DNA from: a virus
Direction: 5' to 3' (one strand)
Virus record (IMG/VR): IMGVR_UViG_3300012964_000010
Location: 63,321 to 127,320 of that record
DNA length: 64,000 nucleotides
This document shows, piece after piece, positions 58,192-64,000 of the stretch (its first letter is position 1; every line of letters starts with the position of its first letter). The notes under the pieces were generated by a model, which saw nothing but the letters and a program-made list of their open reading frames with translations, searched no databases and was not told where the DNA came from. A program made the position numbers and the translations under genes.

Positions 58192-59307
58192 CTATAAGCA
58201 ACCAACAAAGTATGCCGGGCTATTCATACCACGTATACCGTTTGGCTTACCGTCAATCCAAAAAATATTATCTCGACTAAGGCCCGATAACAGGTCTTTT
58301 AGATGCCACTTGTAACGATCGAGACCTTGGTCGAGTTCCGTACTGTTAAATAAGAAATCATTGTAAGCATTATCAAACCCGAAAGTCTTCTTTAATTGAA
58401 AAGTATTTAAATCCCAATCCGGATACAATATCTTTTTCATTGCTTGTTCGGCAACTATAGGATTCAATGAATTACTTAGAGAATTTTCTCGGTTGTTAAT
58501 AATAGATTCCAGAAAGGGATTGGCTCTTATTACATTAAGTATAAGATGTACTTGTTCTACAACTATCTCTGGAAAATCTGGAGTCCAATAAAATGGTTCA
58601 AGATTTTGGCGATGCCCGGCAGAATTAATTGCATAATCAGAAAAATACGTATATATCCTGCCGTTGTCTTCGCGTAGAATTGGTTTCCCAATTCCAAATA
58701 TAGACGCTATTTTGATATTACTATCTAGTGCAGCAATCTCTGAATCTGAGGATATCGAAATTGAGTTAAACGACATTGGCGAAAAATGTTGGCCTCCAGT
58801 TTTAACATGAATATCTTTGTCCGATACCGATGATAACTGTTCTCTGAATCCGTCAGATGTATCTTTTACACTAATCTTCAATTCAGGATGCTCAGAGCGC
58901 AACTTTGTTAATGCAGGTTTAATTGTAATATTCCACTCGTTTAGATAATTTGTCGGATCTGAACTATTGCTATATGGTGTAGCTTCAGCTAATCTTATTG
59001 GCCAACGTACAAAGACTTCATCGAGTTTAATTCCATTATCAATAAATGATCGAAGAACATTTGTACTATCACTGCCTGCACTATAATGAAGAACAAGGTA
59101 GTCATATTTTTCTCGAAGCTGTTGTGCCCTTAATCTATACAACTCTTTAAGAGGTACATTTAAAGGGCGAGTCCAATTAACTGTAGCAAATCTACTATTG
59201 AAGAAATCCCATATAACTTGTTGCCTAGTAGAATTGGCATGAAGGAGTGCTTCTAATTTATTTTCAAAGATTCTTTCACCAACTTTGTAAACACCACGCG
59301 ATCCCAT
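58192..59307 (-). CDS. PP-loop/adenine nucleotide alpha-hydrolase-like protein
   Basis: RAQQLREKYDYLVLHYSAGSDSTNVL motif. Confidence 0.6.
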   Translation of the reverse strand: MGSRGVYKVGERIFENKLEALLHANSTRQQVIWDFFNSRFATVNWTRPLNVPLKELYRLRAQQLREKYDYLVLHYSAGSDSTNVLRSFIDNGIKLDEVFVRWPIRLAEATPYSNSSDPTNYLNEWNITIKPALTKLRSEHPELKISVKDTSDGFREQLSSVSDKDIHVKTGGQHFSPMSFNSISISSDSEIAALDSNIKIASIFGIGKPILREDNGRIYTYFSDYAINSAGHRQNLEPFYWTPDFPEIVVEQVHLILNVIRANPFLESIINNRENSLSNSLNPIVAEQAMKKILYPDWDLNTFQLKKTFGFDNAYNDFLFNSTELDQGLDRYKWHLKDLLSGLSRDNIFWIDGKPNGIRGMNSPAYFVGCL

Positions 59308-60182
59308 TATTTTAGTTTCTTTTCTACGGCTTCCTTAAGAGATATATGCGGTACTTCTACATCGTTTTCTTTACGATATTCCATAATCTCTGGAGAATTA
59401 AGAATCGCTGTAAATATCTCTTTCATTTTTTCTTTCCCGACATCGCTGGCGCCTGGTCTCATGAAAAGTCCAGATATAATTTCAGGTATCTTATCATGAT
59501 AACCGAGCTCTGATAATTTAGGCATATACGGATTACTACCGGATGTAATAACTAATCCGTTGATTGCACCCGACTTTATTAAAGATATAGTTCCAGGATA
59601 TGTCGATGTGCCGATGTCTAAAGACCCATTCAGTATATCCGTAATTACTGGTTTTTCGCCATTATACGGAATATAATTAATGTTTGGTCTATTTCCAAAT
59701 ATTTCGTTAACTACCACTTTTACTGCTGGTGAAAATGTACCAATATTAATATTATCAGAAGATTTTAATACTTTCTCAAAATCTTCCCATTTTTGAAATT
59801 TTGATTTACTATTTGAATAGAAAACAATTGTTGTTTTACCGACATCAACAATAGGTGTTAAAGAAAGAATACCTTTCTTTAGTTGTTCTGATTCTAGTGC
59901 CTTATACGAAAATACAGCATAAGAAACAATAGCAATGGTATTATCAGATTTCTCATTAATAATATCATAAGCACCTAAAACACCCTCGGCACCCGGTCGA
60001 TTAATTACAACAATATCATACCCTTTTTCTTTACCGACCTTTTGCATAAGTCTAGCATAAACATCAAAAAATCCGCCTGCTGGATACGGTACAATTAATT
60101 TAATTGGTTCTGCAAACACCGATATAGATAGTGAAAGTAGCGAAAAGAATAGAAGTGTTCTAATAGTTTTAATTATATTCAT
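59307..60182 (-). CDS. Bug/TctC family solute-binding protein
   Basis: PIKLIVPYPAGG..DVYAR, VINRPGAEG and IPYNG...ITDILNG.LD motifs. Confidence 0.85.
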   Translation of the reverse strand: MNIIKTIRTLLFFSLLSLSISVFAEPIKLIVPYPAGGFFDVYARLMQKVGKEKGYDIVVINRPGAEGVLGAYDIINEKSDNTIAIVSYAVFSYKALESEQLKKGILSLTPIVDVGKTTIVFYSNSKSKFQKWEDFEKVLKSSDNINIGTFSPAVKVVVNEIFGNRPNINYIPYNGEKPVITDILNGSLDIGTSTYPGTISLIKSGAINGLVITSGSNPYMPKLSELGYHDKIPEIISGLFMRPGASDVGKEKMKEIFTAILNSPEIMEYRKENDVEVPHISLKEAVEKKLK

Positions 60183-60261
60183 AATGAAATTACCTTATAT
60201 GTAAGTTACATATAATTATGAATCAAATGTAATAGACAGTAATTTAATAGAAAATATATTA

Positions 60262-61041
60262 TTAAATCAGAGCACCGTAGATACTACCAGAAAACGACCA
60301 AACAATATTTGAATTACCAACAACTGCACTTCCGGCGGCCCCTGCCGCTCCACCCGCGTATGCACTTGTTTGTCCGGCGGCACCGGGACCGCCTAGTGCC
60401 CCACCAACTCCGCCGTTACCGGCAGATGTAACACCATCTGTGCCTCCGGGGCCAGCGGTGCCTGCAGATGTCGTGGAACCGGTTCCACCGGTTCCACCGT
60501 TAAAGTTAGCACTAGTTGTACCGACACCGCCAGTCCCACCGCTATAGCCCTGGCCGCCACCACCACCGCCACCGCCATACCATGTTACCACTTTACCGCT
60601 GACTGTACTGTTCGCACCGCCGCCACCGCCACCACCACCACCACCACCAATGATAGCGCCGATAGGTCCGGTAACAGATAGTGCATATTGAGCCCTTAGT
60701 GCGGGACCACCCTGCAAACCGGTGCCACCTGCTGTGATTGTGGCGCCACCACCGTGGCCGCCGGCGCCACCACAACCAAGAATATTGCCGTTGTTGATTA
60801 ATATTAATTGTGTCCCGGCCGGGAAGGTAATACCGGTATCAAATGAATATGTACTAGTCGCCGAAGATCCTACATATACACCGGTATTAATGGTAACTGT
60901 GGCATACAGTGGTGAAATCTGATTCCAACCGGCTGCAATAGCCGCCGATTTAAGATTAAAATTCAGGACATTAGATGAGATCACATAATTAAATATGTAA
61001 GATCCACCCGAAGTCATTAATATTTGCTGAATCCCAGACAT
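60262..61041 (-). CDS. glycine-rich virion/tail fibre-associated protein
   Basis: Poly-Gly tracts, NNGNILG.GG.GG motif, late motif upstream. Confidence 0.6.
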   Translation of the reverse strand: MSGIQQILMTSGGSYIFNYVISSNVLNFNLKSAAIAAGWNQISPLYATVTINTGVYVGSSATSTYSFDTGITFPAGTQLILINNGNILGCGGAGGHGGGATITAGGTGLQGGPALRAQYALSVTGPIGAIIGGGGGGGGGGGANSTVSGKVVTWYGGGGGGGGQGYSGGTGGVGTTSANFNGGTGGTGSTTSAGTAGPGGTDGVTSAGNGGVGGALGGPGAAGQTSAYAGGAAGAAGSAVVGNSNIVWSFSGSIYGALI

Positions 61042-61121
61042 AATACCTACCTAGAAATTGTTGTTATCTTCATTATTACTTATTTATCATAATATCTCAT
61101 TCTTCTATAACTCAATAAACA

Positions 61122-61158
61122 GGAATACGAAAAGGCCCCTCGGGGCCTTTTCGTATTC
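61122..61158 (-). terminator. intrinsic terminator (near-perfect palindrome)
   Basis: GAATACGAAAAGGCCCC-TC-GGGGCCTTTTCGTATTC. Confidence 0.75.
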
Positions 61159-61396
61159 ACATCTTAACGTACTATTCTAATAGAAAGTTCATCGTCCCAT
61201 ATTAATCTACCAACTGTGACTATGCTGTATTTAATTGCTTCACCGACTTCAGTATCCTCAGTCCAACTCTCTGTTTCGAGTTTAATGGAATTAACTACAT
61301 AAGATTCAGTATTGTCATCGGAATATATTTTCCATTTTATATCAGACAATCCGGCCTTATGTTCTACATTATATCGAATAATATATTTCTTCATTT

Positions 61397-62281
61397 CTAT
61401 TCTTCTAAAATATTTTTTAAAATTTTCTCAGCATCATAAAAATTTCGATTCCCATATTGTATATCCATCTTTTTCATGATAGCATTTGCATCTTCGGATC
61501 CTAGATATACGAAAAGCTTCTTGCGAAATTCCTCAACTTTTTTCGGATCAGCATCTTTGTTAACCCATAAGAAGAAATTATTATAATATTTTGATTCATC
61601 GTTAACTGAAATACCAATTTCATCCACAGTCGGCACATCTGGTAAGAACACTGATCGCTTCTTTGACAGTACCGCAAGTGGCACAAGTCTCCCTTGTTCT
61701 ATTAAGGGTACAATAGAATCAATGACTGTAACCCCTATATCGACATGTCCACCTATCACATCAGCTACAACCTGACTTCCGCTTTTATATGGAACTTCAA
61801 CCGGATATGACTTATATTTCTTACTAACTTCGCGAAAGAATGGTGCATTTGCCGCATCCCCGATTATCGCGCATGATGTTTTGTTATTCTTAGAATATTC
61901 GAGAAATTCTTTATAGTTTCTGTACGGTCTGCCTGGTAATGTAATAATAACCCCGGGGGCTGTCCCAAGAAATGCAATCGGTTTAAGATTATGTAGTTGA
62001 CTAAAATCTGAATCTTTCCACGAATGTGCTGCACCAATCATTAATGTAATATTGGTAGTTGATTTCGATGCAAGATATTTTGCACCAATAAGTCCGTTTG
62101 CGCCGGGCTTATATTCGATAACAACTGTGGTACCAGCGGCAGTAGAAAGACCTGGAATCAATTCATCAGCATACCGTTGTACAACTCCACCAGGAGAAAC
62201 TGGCAAAACTAGTGTTGTGATTTGTGCGTTAACGCAGGTTGTAAATAGGAATATTAATCCAGTGAATATATTTCTGTACAT
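61397..62281 (-). CDS. Bug/TctC family solute-binding protein
   Basis: EYKPGANGLIGA, VPYKSG.QVVADVIGGHVD and LPDVPT..E.G motifs. Confidence 0.88.
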   Translation of the reverse strand: MYRNIFTGLIFLFTTCVNAQITTLVLPVSPGGVVQRYADELIPGLSTAAGTTVVIEYKPGANGLIGAKYLASKSTTNITLMIGAAHSWKDSDFSQLHNLKPIAFLGTAPGVIITLPGRPYRNYKEFLEYSKNNKTSCAIIGDAANAPFFREVSKKYKSYPVEVPYKSGSQVVADVIGGHVDIGVTVIDSIVPLIEQGRLVPLAVLSKKRSVFLPDVPTVDEIGISVNDESKYYNNFFLWVNKDADPKKVEEFRKKLFVYLGSEDANAIMKKMDIQYGNRNFYDAEKILKNILEE

Positions 62282-62304
62282 TATTTAAGACTATTATATG
62301 ATCG

Positions 62305-63138
62305 TTATTTGTTATGTATATAACTATATGTTATTATACCTTTGTTTCTTGCGGTCTCAAGAAATTGTTCTTTCTTGCCCAATTTAATTATGTGTAAAGG
62401 CACTGTAGTGTTAATAGAATCTGCTGCTTCACGCATTATACCAGTATTCATGAAGGCCGAAATCTTGGGTCTTGGTCGAACACCATAATACTCAGACATT
62501 GCTATCTGGACTGGTTTGGTATAATCCAGATTACTTACCATGTGATATAAAAGATTTGGTGTGTATGTGAAAAAACTTCCCGGGTGACGTTCGGGGAAAG
62601 CTAAATCAAGCCCATAATCATAAGACAATAAAGATAAAGTATCGGAAGTTGTATTTAAAAGTTTATCATCATTGCAAAATTCTCTTTCAAATGGTTCAGC
62701 ACACCCGTTTAGGAGATGACCGTCGATTAATTCATTAATGACAAAATCAAGCGACGAAACAAACGATGTTGAATATTTTCTTGCAAAGTAAGAAAATGTT
62801 TTTGCAGCTACCGGTGGCTTAAGATTAATTACAAAAGGTGTTATATTATTTTCTCGACACCACAAATAAGCATACCATACCTCAGCACTATTGCCGACAT
62901 AATCAACAATAACTGGAGTAAATTTAATTCCACGAGAAAGTAAGGAATTGGCAACAAATTCACTATCAATTCCTCCGCTAAGACTAACATACAAATTATC
63001 GTATCTTGTTGTTATCATCTGTATGTTATAATCAATACATTCATCTTTAGATAAAATTTCAAGCGATGAGAAATCGAGACTACATAAAACACGACTCTTA
63101 TCGTGATATAATTTTAACCAATTATTTAGACCAGGCAT
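62305..63138 (-). CDS. PP-loop-like protein
   Basis: YVSLSGGIDSEFV motif. Confidence 0.6.
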   Translation of the reverse strand: MPGLNNWLKLYHDKSRVLCSLDFSSLEILSKDECIDYNIQMITTRYDNLYVSLSGGIDSEFVANSLLSRGIKFTPVIVDYVGNSAEVWYAYLWCRENNITPFVINLKPPVAAKTFSYFARKYSTSFVSSLDFVINELIDGHLLNGCAEPFEREFCNDDKLLNTTSDTLSLLSYDYGLDLAFPERHPGSFFTYTPNLLYHMVSNLDYTKPVQIAMSEYYGVRPRPKISAFMNTGIMREAADSINTTVPLHIIKLGKKEQFLETARNKGIITYSYIHNK

Positions 63139-63206
63139 ATTTTTAAACTATTTTCTAAAATGTCTATATTAATCCTCGTATTACACTTCTACCCAATGTG
63201 AGAATA

Positions 63207-64000
63207 TTATTGAATCTTGTAATTTCGTGTTCTTATAGGTTTCATATTGCTGACATGAACACGCGATGATATGTTCTTAATACCATCTGCAAAATATTTA
63301 TATACATCTGAGTTAGTCTTTCTATAAAGATAACTATCTCTGAGTGATATTATATTTGTCTTACTTTTCGGTGATTTATAAATCAGCGGTTGTTTTAGAT
63401 TATATATGATCTGATTAATATCCACACCCGAAAACGCCTGCGCACCAAAATATTCACTATAAGATGATTTTAGCCCACTATTCTTTAACCTATTAAGAAC
63501 ATGTAGTTGTTTTATTAAAATCAATGGATATTCTGGGTCCCAATAAAATGCAATCCTGTCACAATTATCGGTGCCAATTATGTTTCCATAACAATTAATT
63601 GGTGTATCATAAAAGTTGAAGGTAGAATCATGCTGCAAAGTAGGTTTATCTCTTCCAAATATTAAACCTACTTTCTTAGATCCGATATTCTGTGGAATAA
63701 TATGCTTCTCAATATCGCGCCAAAACCAATGATGTGGACTAAACCATCCGCCGGTGTGGTCCACCCAGTCGTCTCCGTGACTTAATACGCTAAGATTATT
63801 TGCAGGATTATCAAATAGCTCTGTATAATCATATTTTTCAGTAATAGAAGTTAGACCTAATTTTTCTATGTACGGAAATGCATTTTTATATAATTCACCA
63901 TTTAAATTTTCATCTGCACCAAATCCACTATCCTGTCCAAAGGCGCCAACTATTACAATTTTATCGAGTCTGATATTATTAAAATGAAAAGTCTCAAGAA
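63207..64000 (-). CDS. likely paralog of the 58192-59307 protein (partial, starts beyond the window)
   Basis: Frame open to the window end (LETFHFNNIRLDKIV...); IFGRDKP and FYWDPEYP.ILIKQ.H motifs shared with 58192-59307. Confidence 0.6.
   Translation of the reverse strand, partial: LETFHFNNIRLDKIVIVGAFGQDSGFGADENLNGELYKNAFPYIEKLGLTSITEKYDYTELFDNPANNLSVLSHGDDWVDHTGGWFSPHHWFWRDIEKHIIPQNIGSKKVGLIFGRDKPTLQHDSTFNFYDTPINCYGNIIGTDNCDRIAFYWDPEYPLILIKQLHVLNRLKNSGLKSSYSEYFGAQAFSGVDINQIIYNLKQPLIYKSPKSKTNIISLRDSYLYRKTNSDVYKYFADGIKNISSRVHVSNMKPIRTRNYKIQ

Noticed and set aside
60560-60650. CCA/CCG trinucleotide repeats
   Set aside because: Poly-glycine codons of the 60262-61041 protein
1-64000. Genome-wide stop-codon reassignment (code 4 or 15), suggested by the in-frame TGA and the CUA tRNA
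   Set aside because: Recognisable genes are full length in code 11 and many end at TGA (ATGA overlaps) or TAG; only the release-factor gene is interrupted

Overview
AT-rich segment of a large lytic dsDNA phage genome (T4-like/jumbo myovirus: gp13-type neck protein, rIIA/rIIB, DenV, spanins, GATAAATA late-promoter motif). Almost everything is on the minus strand. Four Bug/TctC solute-binding proteins hint at a Betaproteobacteria-type host (inference). The window is a translation-rescue island: about 55 tRNA genes (many structurally odd), a permuted two-piece tmRNA, an RF1-like release factor split by an in-frame UGA (missed by the ORF track), two Pth2-like proteins, an AlaRS catalytic domain, YqeY, RNA ligase, NADAR, an ADP-ribosylhydrolase and a GOLLD-like large RNA. 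Two candidate novel systems stand out. (1) A Ro60/TROVE-like (DUF2828) protein with a dispersed family of 11 Y-RNA-like elements that share one covarying helix and CNGCA motif but carry different cargo: permuted tRNA domains, isolated Lys/Tyr-like anticodon hairpins, a tRNA chimera, and a copy abutting the gene's own RBS. (2) A 56-codon leader ORF containing all 20 amino acids, coupled to a terminator/antiterminator switch at the head of the tRNA array, i.e. a putative attenuator sensing loss of any tRNA. All calls were made by eye; no database searches were run.
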